From Syncephalis fuscata S228 (Eukaryota; Fungi; Zoopagomycota), in the NCBI GenBank assembly GCA_025786725.1, contig JAHLTZ010000003.1, forward strand, positions 62,001 through 126,000: a stretch of DNA of 64,000 nucleotides. The letters run 5' to 3'. Within the stretch, counting starts at the first letter, position 1, and each line of letters opens with the position of its first letter. Below the pieces are notes generated by a model, which was not told the origin of the DNA, did no database searches, and saw only the letters and a list, made by a program, of their open reading frames with translations. A program made the translations under genes and the position numbers. Positions 1-11,658 of the stretch are shown here, piece after piece.

Positions 1-844
1 ACATGGTGAACGCGCGACCATCCACGCGTGCACCAATCCACACACACTTTTCAACACGTGTGTTTTTTACTGCATGTCTAACCTGCAGAGCCTTCGTTCG
101 AATAGGCTATAGAAATGAAGTCAATATATATAAGTACATAAACAATAGTTATTGGTCTTTGCTATCGAAGTGTTATTTAGTTGGTTAGTACAGGTGAAGT
201 ACGCACTGTTTACCATTTATGCACAGTTGATATGTATAACAATCATGCCGAGCCTCTAGGGATGAATATATTGCTACATACCACAACATAATTATTTTTA
301 TTTAGCAAAGATAATGGACTATTGCTTCATACGGAGTACATCAGTGTTGTTTTATCAATGGTGTGTCCTATGATTACATTTTGGTGTATTTAACTTTTAT
401 TTACTTATTTACTTACTACACTCCTTACTTTCTTTCAGTAACCATTTAAGTTATAGTCCATTCTATCTTAGCATTATTCAATAGACGGTATCATAGAACG
501 TAGTATTAGTAAAATAGCGAGTAAAAGAAGAAGATTAACGCAATAGAATATAGTTTAGCGTATGACAAATATGTGTGGTCATAAAACATACTATCTGTAA
601 AGTAGCAAAACAATACCAAAATGTTATGAAAATAAAGCAATGTACTATTAATTTAAATAAATACGCGACTACATAACTGTGCTATATTTATAAAGCGATA
701 GGTTTATCTTTACCGACTTGGTGTCATGTTGTACATAAAGTGAATGTAAATTTGTAAAATATTACTTTTATTTTGTATATACATATGAAATTTATACAAA
801 TGTAAACAAATATAAAACAGTATGTTTTATAGATGTTACATGTT

Positions 845-1662
845 TTATATAAAGGTATTTATAATTCGTTTTACATTGTAACAAAATGACCAGATATTAA
901 AAATCGTATTAATTGGTTGATTTGAATGTTTCAACGCCTGACAATTCAACCTTGCGCCTGTGACTGTTCCGACAACAACAGGTTTGCTGCAGTCATATTT
1001 AGCTTTTATTGCTGATTGTGGTCGGTCTAGTAAATTCTCAGCTATTGCTGTAAAGATGGCGTCGGCTGGATAGGTAGTATTATCTATTATTATTTCAAAA
1101 AATGGACATCCCCATAGCGTTGCCAGTGCGATTCCGTCTTCTGTGGGAATAGTACGCTCGTTTACACTCTTTACCGTGCTGGTGCCAACCAATACAATAG
1201 GAATCTATATTGATGAGGTGTTAGTGATTGATCAAAGGCCATCTGCGTGTATAGAAAAACTTGCCTGCTGAAAGATATCCAGCTTATCAATTGCTTCTTT
1301 AAAAATGGACACCATTTCAAATGACTTTATATCTGTCGTTGAATACACGAGTATTGCCGCATCTCCCAAGGTAATGGGCAAGTAGGATAAAGCCGCATCC
1401 TGTTCGTTAAACGAAGCATCAACGACGTTGATGGCGCATTTGTAGTCCTTGATGATCAAGCGGCAATCATCTATTGTATTCAGATCGGACTCCAATGGAT
1501 CACTCAATGTTTGTCGTTGAAATTGACGACACTATAGAATGAGGCAGGTTAGAAGTGAATCTAATAGCCTACATACTAGACATGTATACTAACCAAACTT
1601 GTTTTGCCCGTATAGCGAGCGCCATAGATCGAAATACTAAATGATACACTTGGAAATAGCAT
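845..1662 (-). CDS. Highly divergent Ras-like small GTPase (3 exons), probable pseudo-GTPase
   Basis: Exon 1 reads MLFPSVSFSISIYGARYTGKTSL (P-loop). Exon 2 contains INVVDASF..GDAAILVYSTTDIKSF and exon 3 IPIVLVGT..LWGCPFFE. The second intron has a GCAAGT donor. Confidence 0.8.
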
Positions 1663-2118
1663 GGTACAATGATAACTACAGTAACGGTGACAAAAACAAA
1701 ACGTCGAAAAATCGGGCTAGCCTACACGCCATTTTGTTTAAATTCCAGTTTGAGCCGCAGCACGGCCAGTAAGCCGGTTTTTTGTCTGTGTTGTTACAAC
1801 AAGTATGCTTCCAGCACATGTGTAGGCCTTGACAGGTTATCAATAGATGTTTATGCCTGTATACGCAAATACTACGTGCGTACCATGTGCATGTCATGCT
1901 GGGCTTTTACTTTCATCCCGATGGTTCGTGTGGATTAGCTGAAAAGTGTGCCATCATTTAACTGCTTATTAGCACAATGGCTTAATCAATCACATGTACT
2001 ACCACTATTTCCATATTAGTAATATTTTCTTTATTGACTGAATACAGATTGAAACAAGTAGGATGCAAAGTAACATGGATATTTTGTCAGACTATGGCTA
2101 TAAACTATTTAGCATTAT

Positions 2119-2908
2119 TTAATTGGTTGCTGTTCCTCTCCAATGAGTAACTAGTTTGTGACATGCAGTAAAGTAACGCTGTGCTCGGGTTTTGAAGCGA
2201 CTTTTTTTCATGCGGAAGCGCATGCTGGTTGGTGAATATGACAGTGATGGCGGGTATGGCGCCCATGTTGTTATGCCTAGCGAGGTTTCCGTAAGTACCG
2301 TAATGGCATCCAAGATAGCCGATGAAGACTGCGTTGCTGCTGTTTCAAAAAACGGACAGTCCCATAGGGTAGCTTGTGCCATACCATCAGCGATAGGCAC
2401 TTTTCGATCTTGTTCTAAATCAGCTTTGGTGCCCATCAGCACAATAGGAATCTAATGGTGTTCGTGAATATGCTGGCACTTGTGAATGATGCGTCACAAG
2501 TAGTAGCTTACCTTTCCTGGCCAATACAATTGGCAATTGCATCGTAGTAAGCCTGAAGATCGTCGAGAGATTCGTGCGAAGTTATGTCGTAAACCAAAAT
2601 GACCGCATCTCCTATGGTTCGGTGTAGATTGGCCATTGCCTCGAATAAAGTAGGCGAGCCCGTATCCATAACACTAACAACCATCGGCTGACCTTCCGTC
2701 CACTGAACATGTCTATAGTATCCAGTGGCCGTGGTTGCCGTCCCCGCTCTAGACAACGTCATATCCAGGGGCAATTGACGTAGCTGAATAAAGTATATAT
2801 CTATATTAGCACCAATCTACTATTGTGTACTTTATTACTCACCAGTGATGTCTTACCAACACCACGTGCACCATAGACTGTTATATTCAAATACTTTTTC
2901 CTTAACAT
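2119..2908 (-). CDS. Divergent Ras/Rap-like small GTPase (3 exons), tandem paralogue of the previous gene
   Basis: Motifs are MLRKKYLNITVYGARGVGKTSL, VMDTGS, GDAVILVYDITSHESL, IPIVLMGTKADL and WDCPFFETAA. Intron positions match the neighbouring gene, and there is no CAAX. Confidence 0.85.
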
Positions 2909-3135
2909 GTCGACACACATTTAAACAGTCTATAAAACACAGAAATAAAACAAAAATAAGAAGACAAGCGTTTACGCGTCAAGATGCTATCTACTTTCTT
3001 ATGCACATAGTTGCACTGCACATCTTCCTAGTTCTACCGAGACATACATTGCTATTTTTGGTCATATTTTATTCTATTGGCGGCCACTCGGCCTCAAGAG
3101 CAACGGTAAACTCCGGACCGATGATTTCATAGCAG

Positions 3136-4636
3136 CTAGTTCGTTGCATTATGACTAAGCAGTTGATCAAGTACACGGCGTGGACGTATACGCTCGGGAT
3201 AGCCTTCAAGTACAATTGGCCACTGCCGCATAATCTCTTTGGGTCGTACACGATCACGGTGTGGATGTATACACGGTTTGCCATTTTTTGGCGGATTCGC
3301 TGCATCTGCAACTACGTGTGCCGCTGTTTCCCGCTCAGCCTTCTCTACCTCGATACAAACCGGAGATCCACAGGTGCGTGAATGAGTAACACGGCATGTG
3401 TCACACTGAATAAATAGCAAATTACACCGGCGATTTCTACAATTTGTATAGTGATCGCATGGTGTACCACACTGATGGCAACGGCCAACTGTTTCCTCGT
3501 CTTCTCCGCCAGTGATCGACTCACCTAATCGCTTGTCAAAAGTAAAGTTTTTGCCTCTGAATAGCGATTTAATGCCTTTGTTCTCTCGTATATATCGACC
3601 ATAAGCAGTAATACCGCCTTTTAACTAAATGTGCGGCAATATTATTTATGCTATTAGTTTATTTTAAAATGACTTGATTTATTTCTACTTTGTACTTACC
3701 ATGCGCACATCCTCCCATCCTTGAGAGCGAAGAATGGCACCTGCTTTGGAACAACGAATACCACCCGTGCAGTACATATAGATTGGCTGATCTTTAGGTA
3801 CTTGCTCGGCAAGTCGTTCCATTTCTTGTAGTCCATCGCGGAATGTATCCACATCAGGTCGTTGAGCACCATTAAAATAGCCAATTTCACTATAAATAGT
3901 CATCATTAGTTGTAACCAACACAGTTACAATTTACTACCTTTCATAATGGTTTCGCATGTCAATAAGTAATGGTGATCCTGATGCCAATTCATTATGCCA
4001 TGTTTCAGCATCTAAATAAATCGGCTGTTTTGTTAAATCATATGTGCTGTTTGATCGACCATCTGATACAATCTATATTGAAATGTTTAACAGTTATTAT
4101 TACAGCTATTATTATTGTCATTCATATTGCAAGTAGCCTAATAAACTTACCTGTCGTTTAATACGAATGGCTAAACGGCGGAATGCTCGTCGATGTTCTG
4201 TCGACATATTGAATTCAATGCCATTTAATATCTCATACTTATCACACAGTTCTCGTAGTTGTGGCAGACTAGAAGGCGGACAGGATATTTGCGCGTTGAT
4301 ACCTTCAGTGGCTACATAAATACGTCCCAATACACCTATTGACTCCAATTGACGTGAGAGTTGTTGGCGTAGCGGTTCCAGCGTTATAGCTGGTATTTCG
4401 ACGAAGCGATAAAATGATAGTGTTAAGTAGTCAATATCAGTCGTGGTTACTTCGCCATTAGTATGAATTGCCGTTGTTGTTGTAATTGAATTGTCAGCGG
4501 TAGTACAACTATAGACGCGACATGATTGAGACACTGGACAAGCCAAACGTCCAATGCTTGGAATTAATACGCGAGACGGTAAAGATACGCGGCGACGAAG
4601 AGAAGAATAGGCTAGACGTAGAACGGCTCGTTGCAT
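3136..4636 (-). CDS. UPF0176/TrhO-like (TSTD2) rhodanese-domain protein, likely mitochondrial
   Basis: Motifs include LSFYRF, LGRIYVATEGINAQ, DMRNHYE, YMYCTGGIRCSKA, LKGGI, GKNFTFDKR and a C-terminal Cys cluster. The N-terminus is Arg-rich and presequence-like. Confidence 0.9.
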
Positions 4637-4882
4637 TTTTCGTTCTATAGCCAGTGCCAGTTAGAATAATAAAACAAAAAAGAAAGGAAATAAAAATAAG
4701 GTTTTAATATAATATTTATACTTTTATTTACCTATTTCACTTCTTTTTCTAATACTTTTAAATACAATTAAACACAAATCAATTAAGCGAATCATTATGG
4801 TCAATTGCGTAAAATGGTTTATTACATTGAATGGGGGGGCAAAGTAAAAATTAAACATAATATTTCTTTTCTTTCCTTTATT

Positions 4883-6352
4883 ATGACAGATGATTATCTA
4901 AATCAACAAGCTTTACAGCTATTACCGGATAGTTCTTGTATCCGTAAATTATGCACAACACGAGCAGTGTCCAGTGGAGATATAGTATTTGTAAGCGATC
5001 CATTGGCTAGTGTCCTTTTAGCTGAAGAAGTGACGCGTCGCTGCCATGCCTGTTTACAAGAGGCTGTACCAAACGACACTGGCAACGACAAAGCAGAGGA
5101 TTCGCCCAATTCATTGATGCATTGTGGTGGCTGCCATTACGCCCTATACTGTGATACGGCATGCCAACGAATAGCATGGCCACGACATCGATTAGAGTGC
5201 CGATATCGCCAACAGCGTCATTTAGCTATTCTACTAGGCAATGATCCAGAGTTACTCTTACTACTACGTACTTGCGATCTATTAAAAATGAATAATTGAC
5301 CACAATACCACAATTAATTCACATTAAAAATTTTTCTTTCATTGCCGGATCATCGGTTAAAACACACACCTTGGTCGCTTGATCGTTATGGCGAAGTGGC
5401 CGATAAAGTATTACAAGTAGCACCGCCTCACTTGACATCATGGTTAACTAAATCACTACTTATTGAGCACCAGTGTCGATTTGGCTGTAACAATTTCACC
5501 ATGGTTGATGACCGTTGCCATCCAATAGGCGTGGGTGTATATCCGGTAGCTTCTTTGTTAAATCATAGCTGCCGCCCCAATTGTATTTATCGATTTGATG
5601 GTGTTCAGCTGCAGGTCATAGCTCAGCGTCCAATTTCTGCCGGTGAAGAGCTTACTATAAGCTATATTGATTGGATTTATGGCCCAAATGAACGTACGAA
5701 CCAATTAGAGCGGCAGTACTTTTTTCAATGTCAATGTTTACGCTGTATAGATGGCGAAAATAACGATCCCTTAGATCGATTGCTACGCCACAGTACCAAT
5801 GTATTTACGAATATCGATCTTGATGATTGGATTAGTGAACAAATGAAATCGCCAAATACATTATTACAACAAACAACTCGAAGCATTATTGGTGATCTTT
5901 TATTAGAATCAACCAATTTAACTAATGAATTGTTTATTGAACGTCAAAAATATTGGCGAATGAAATTGGGTGATAAAGATGAGTCCACTGCTATTGGTAA
6001 TCTATTTAGTCGAACTATTTTAGAGTATGTCGGAGGCTATATGAACCGTGAATTGGCAAAAGGCAACTGGAATGAGGCTGGTGAAGCATCGCGCTATCGT
6101 CTATCCATCTATTTGTTAGTCTATGGTCGTTATCACCCACTGGTGCCATTAGAAATTTTAACACTATCCAGCTGTTTATGGAATAGTGAGCAATCGGGCA
6201 TGGTGCGTGATGTGCATAGCTTTCTTCAAACTATGAAAGATTTAATGTTAAAAACTCATCCAAATGCTCAAAAGAACAATACGGTATTGTATAAGCAATA
6301 TAAGGAATTGCACGATAAAGTTCGCCGTGAATTATCGGCTATTTATTATTAA
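4883..6352 (+). CDS. SET and MYND domain lysine methyltransferase (SMYD family); two in-frame stops near 5297 and 5315
   Basis: The MYND finger reads CHAC..CGGC..YCDTACQRIAWPRHRLEC. The SET domain has LLNHSCRPNC and GEELTISYI, followed by post-SET FQCQCLRC. Confidence 0.9.
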
Positions 6353-6358
6353 ACAAAT

Positions 6359-9300
6359 TTATTCATCAATATCTTCACCGTAATCTTGTCGTAATCGATC
6401 ACGAATTCTAATGCCTCGTACAAGTTGACGCCATCTTTGTAATGCAGCCTTTTCCCGTTTAATGCGGTTCTTTTTTATTTGTTCTGCTTCATATACATGC
6501 CAGGCCTACAAAGTGTATAATTAATTAAAATGCTATTATACTATCCCTCTTACCTGTAATAGCTCTTCTTCTCTCTCGGATGGTATAACAATACCCGATA
6601 ATATAGGAATGCAGCGTCGTTGCTGAAAATCAAATCCAGTCTAATAATTTAAAGCTGATCAGTGCTTTGACTTGACTATTTACTTTGTCACTATTACCAC
6701 TGCATCGGCATAATCAATTTTAAGCTTACGAGCAATCTTGGCAATTCCAGAAACTAATAGTAATAATAGTTGATGAATTTATTGTATAAATAACTAATGC
6801 CATGATGCCACTTACTTTGTATATGGCAGCCACCTGAAGGCAGCATACTAGGTTGAAATAAATCAATATTACCATACTGATTTTTGGGCACTTTGCCCTA
6901 TATGAATTTAGTAGCTTTTGTTAAATTGAGTTGATAAATCAGACATGTTACTTACATTAATTATAGGAGGCGCTGTATACGGTTCAGTTTGCCATTCACC
7001 ATAAAGTGCTGATATTCGCTCCATGCCTTCCATTTCCGCCATAGCTTGTTCTCGACGACTTTGAAGTGTAACTGCACGCGCTTTTATTTCTTTTATCGGA
7101 TTCTCACCTTCCTATATATATTGTTATAATAATTAAACTATTATCATAAAGTTTATACCTTGACTTGTCGACCTTCGCGTAACCATGTTTCTGTTGTATG
7201 TAGCTTAAGATGACGTTACAATTGATAACTACAATACTTTTTGCTGCAACTTACTTGTTGAACGCAGCTTCGTGGATAAACTGGTTCACCTCGAATATGT
7301 CCAATAATTGGTTCACGTGGGTAAAGTATTTCAAACTTTTTTAAATGACGTTCTAACGCGTATCTGATTATTGTCAGCCTAGCATTATATGCTATAATAC
7401 AAATACTTACAGTGGATGGTTATTAAATTCGCCCACAGTTGTAGGCATACGCTCAGATTTCTCTTTGACTAGCAGCTCAGCGTTTTCCCGAGCATCTACA
7501 TCCTATCACACATAGTCATCAATGATTTGTGTAGACTAATATACATAATATATATATATATGTATCTATTCATATAAAAATTGACAATTACCGTAGGACG
7601 GCGGTCTTGATAAGGTGTTAAGGTGGCAGCCCACCAATCCCGACCTGATTGTAGTCCTGCTGAGTGTGGACGTCGCTTTAATGTTTTGGCCGCCCATTGT
7701 GATGCATATCTTCGTGATACGTCTTTTATACGATTACCTACAGATAAAATATTAATAAAACTGGTTGTAAGCTTGAATAATAATATTATACCATATTCAA
7801 ATGCTGTTACATAAGGCAAAGGATTTTTATGCTCCATGTTATCAGGCTTATCAATAGTTGAATTAAGCACATCAACTGAAATCCATTGGCCCTTATCTGG
7901 ATGTAAGACCTCGCACCATGCAGGTAGATCTGTTTAAACTGTTATAGAATTGACTCGATTGTAATGTATGTATATAGCAAAACAATACATACCATTAGAT
8001 GATTCAGCAAAATGCTCCTGTTTTAAAGTCGATTGTTTTTTAGGATGTTTTGTTGACTGTATTTATAGAATTATAACGTTAAACTTAGTATTATAATTCA
8101 CAATGTTTATGTTAGTTGTAGTATTTACCTTCGAATGAACAGCCGTATGGGAAGTAGGCTCAAAAGAAACAACTAAGCGAACTCGATGTCCAAGTGTGTA
8201 TAGCAGTGTAGAAAATAGTAAGGCACTATCGTTTTTGCTACAACGACGCATTTCTAAACACTTTATAAAATAATCAATCTAGGTGACCAATAATTAGTAC
8301 TATAAATACAGCTTAGTGTTTAATACCAACTCACGTCAGCCTTAACGCTGTCATTTGCCCGCTCGGCATATTGCTTGTTTCTGTCCAGTTTGAAATCAAT
8401 CCAATAGTAATCGTTCCACAATACGAGCATTTCTTGTAGCCAACTTTTAAACAAATCAACAGATTGGTTAGAGCTATTTTTTGCTTTGGAGCTTTTAGGC
8501 GCCGATGGTATTGGTTCAAATTCTTTATAATTTAATAAATCCATTGGCACCACTGACAATAAAATGGCCTGGATTGTAAAATAAAAATAGCAAATTAAAA
8601 TGATTAGTTACCTACATTACTAAGCTATTGATAAATACTACTTGCACGTATCAGTGGATGATGGACACGTCGATGTCGTCGTAGCCAGTGTACCAATAGA
8701 CAGAGTAAATGTATGTGGTGTACTGCAACTCTGGCATTTCTCTCTTGTTTAGTCACGCCTAATACACGTTCTCTGTTGTTGCCATTTGGTTAACAAAATT
8801 GGTTAAATTGAATATGCAATAATTACCGCATAACTGGCATGTTATTTAAAGTAACCTCAATTGTTTTGTAAGGTGATTCTGTCGTATCATCATTGTTTGT
8901 TTCTTCAATTTCGGATGTTGCTATTGCTGTTTGGTCTACTGGAGCAGACTTGTCTATAACAATCTATTTAATGGCTATTGATACAAAAATGCATTTATAT
9001 TTATAATTACCTGCAAGTATCGCTACCTCCTCCCAAGACTCTTCTTCCTCGTCCTCACTATTACTTTCTTCGTCATTTGCCTCGTTTACCTTAGTTGCCG
9101 GTGATTCCATTACCCTTCTACTATTTGCATCATGTTTAGCTCTTTTGTTGCTTTTATCTACGCCAGGTATAGTCTTGGGTAGTTTTCGTTTAACGCCTTT
9201 CTGTTTTAATGTTTTTTTTGTGGCAGAGCTAGCAGACTTGCTTGGTGTTGTAAAGTGCGGGGAGGCAGTCTGTGTTGTGATTCCAACCAAGCGTCGCGTC

Positions 9301-9383
9301 CTTGAACTAGTAGGTATACTAGAGATATTACTATCGTTTTCCTGCTTAGTATCGCGTTGACGCAACGAGCGTTTTGTTATCAT
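6359..9383 (-). CDS. RAD4: Nucleotide excision repair damage sensor Rad4/XPC (multi-exon)
   Basis: Motifs include HVVHIHLLCLL, AWCEV, DVSRRYA, NNHPLYALERHLKKFE, WLREGRQVK, LYGEWQTE, VPKNQYGNIDLF and DYADAVTGFDF. Confidence 0.95.
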
Positions 9384-9771
9384 TGTAAAAAAGGTTGAAA
9401 TAAAAAAGGAGTTGCAGATAGCGCTTTTTCTAAATAAGAGACATAGCTGTCACAGAATTGCTATACTGTAATTGAGATGGAGTTTTAGTATCAGTACTAT
9501 TAGTTGCAGTTAAAAACACAGGTTTCAATTCAATTGTTATATTCTTTTTGTTAACTCTTTTTCTTTCTCGTTCAATGGATCATTATTAATTATATATACA
9601 AGGCGTAGTTTAAAGTAGATATGTTTGCAAGTATTTTATTTGACATTCAATAAACACTGTTGCTTATATACTAAATCTAATGCTTAAAAGTTTAGCTGTT
9701 AATTATAATATTATGTTCTGTGATAATGACATTTGTTTATGCATTAATATCCATCCTTCTTATTTTACCAG

Positions 9772-10020
9772 TGACATTGTTCTATGAATATATTTAGATT
9801 TATTGTTTGTTGTTTGTCATTTTTATTACACTCATTGTTCTACTGTTGACATTGTTCTGTGATATATTTAGATTTATTGTTTGTTGTTTGTCATTTTTAT
9901 TACATTCATTGTTCTACTGTTGACATTGTTCTATGAATATATTTAGATTTATTGTTTGTTGTTTGTCATTTTTATTACACTCATTGTTCTACTGTTGACA
10001 TTGTTCTATGAATATATTTA
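9772..10020. repeat. Minisatellite, ~75 bp unit, ~3.3 copies
   Basis: The unit TGACATTGTTCTATGAATATATTTAGATTTATTGTTTGTTGTTTGTCATTTTTATTACACTCATTGTTCTACTGT restarts at 9772, 9847, 9921 and 9996. Confidence 0.95.
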
Positions 10021-10429
10021 ATTTTATACTATTACTTTTTATTCTTTCTTTTATTCCACCACTTGAGTAATTTTCTTTCTGTATTTCAATTTGTTTCTAG
10101 TCTTTTTATGTACAATGCCCTTTAATTTATGGCTTGTATTATAATATTGTATATATCGTCTCTTTTATTAATTAAATAAAAATAACTTTTTTGTACATAT
10201 TGCTAATCTCGTTCAATGTTGCATATTTATTATAGTGTTTATCATTTTAATATATATTAGCTATACTTTATCTATAACCGTTGTTGGTATGGTTCTAGCT
10301 CTTTACTAATAAGAATCAACTTGTTGCACTTAGTTTGCTCACTGAGTTGTATCGGTAGAACAAATAATATGGATATGAACAAAGCTACGCTTTATTAAGA
10401 TTATGTCAATAGATTGATTTAAATAAATA

Positions 10430-10780
10430 ATGTAAAATACTATTTGATTTTTGAAACATTTGAGCCCGATTATTATTGTTGTTGGCCATGTGTAGAAAGA
10501 TTGATCGAATATCAATAGAAGCCATATGATTGCAATTCCATATCGTTCCGCAGTTGTTGTTATTCTATCTATGTACAGCATGGATTATTGCATCTTAATT
10601 GTCTCTTCTATTTTCTAATATTCTACTATTGCATTATGGGCATATTTGTGATGTAAAATCAATATTAATACAATTAGTATAAAAGTTGTTTATTAAACAG
10701 CCACTTTTCCTATAGCCAATCTGACTAAATAAATGGCATTTAAACAATTAATATCATAAATGAATATATATATATATATT
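10430..10780 (-). repeat. Dispersed repeat family A, copy 1 (~350 bp)
   Basis: The reverse complement aligns with 56010-56350 and 52331-52475. The shared core is AATGCCATTTATTTAGTCAGATTGGCTATAG..AAGTGGCTGTTTAATAAAC. Confidence 0.85.
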
Positions 10781-11658
10781 AAAGCAATAATAAGTATAAC
10801 TAATTGAACAATTGATGGACTAACAAGCTAGCAAATAAATAAATAAATAACTGACTAATTGAATAGAGAATAATTTAAGGTTTTTCATATTATCGATGTA
10901 GTCAGCATTAATTAACCACTAGTCCTAGTCATATCATTATATCATAGTGCATAATTGTAATTGCGTTTCTTTACTACTGTGGCCACTAAAATATACAAAC
11001 TTATGTACAACTGTTATTTTGTATAAAATAAACTTTGGATATTCAAACTCCAGGTTGCTAAGGTAGATGTTAATGTTATTGTTTTTATAATTAGTGCATT
11101 TATATTTGATTGTTTATGTATTGTTTTATCTGCACAGCAATGTAGTTTGTTTGCATTTTGTTTTGGCATCATTAACGCTATTAAATATAAAATGTACCTT
11201 TATTGCTATAAATATTTAATACCACACTAAAATACGGATACACTATGAAATTAAGAAAATCAAATACTATGTTAACAGTGATCGGTGTTAGAAATCTAAT
11301 AAAATATACAAAGAAACGACATTACATTCCCCTTTGTTTTGAACTATTGTTTGTTGTGAAATTCTATAACCTACCAACCAGGACGCCGTGTCTTGGCATT
11401 AAGTGCCTAGTCATGTATACGTGTATTAGTGAGCACTATAAAAGAAGCCCAGTAATGCCTACCTAATCTTTTTTCCCATTTGATATCCTCGCCATTTTCA
11501 CACGCACTTTCTAGATTTCTTTTTGCCATATGCAGTTCATATTGTTTAACATTTGTCATCAGTTTTATGCTTTAGCATCTTATTTAGATTTATTACAGGC
11601 CAATATTACTTTTATTCTTTTTGTTTATCGCTTATCTTAGACTTTTCTACTAGGCACT

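Noticed and set aside
5297-5317. Alternative genetic code (stop reassignment)
   Set aside because: Long ORFs elsewhere are free of in-frame stops, and genes end normally at TAA/TAG.
9772-10020. CRISPR-like array
   Set aside because: The units are contiguous with no unique spacers, the context is eukaryotic and there are no cas genes.
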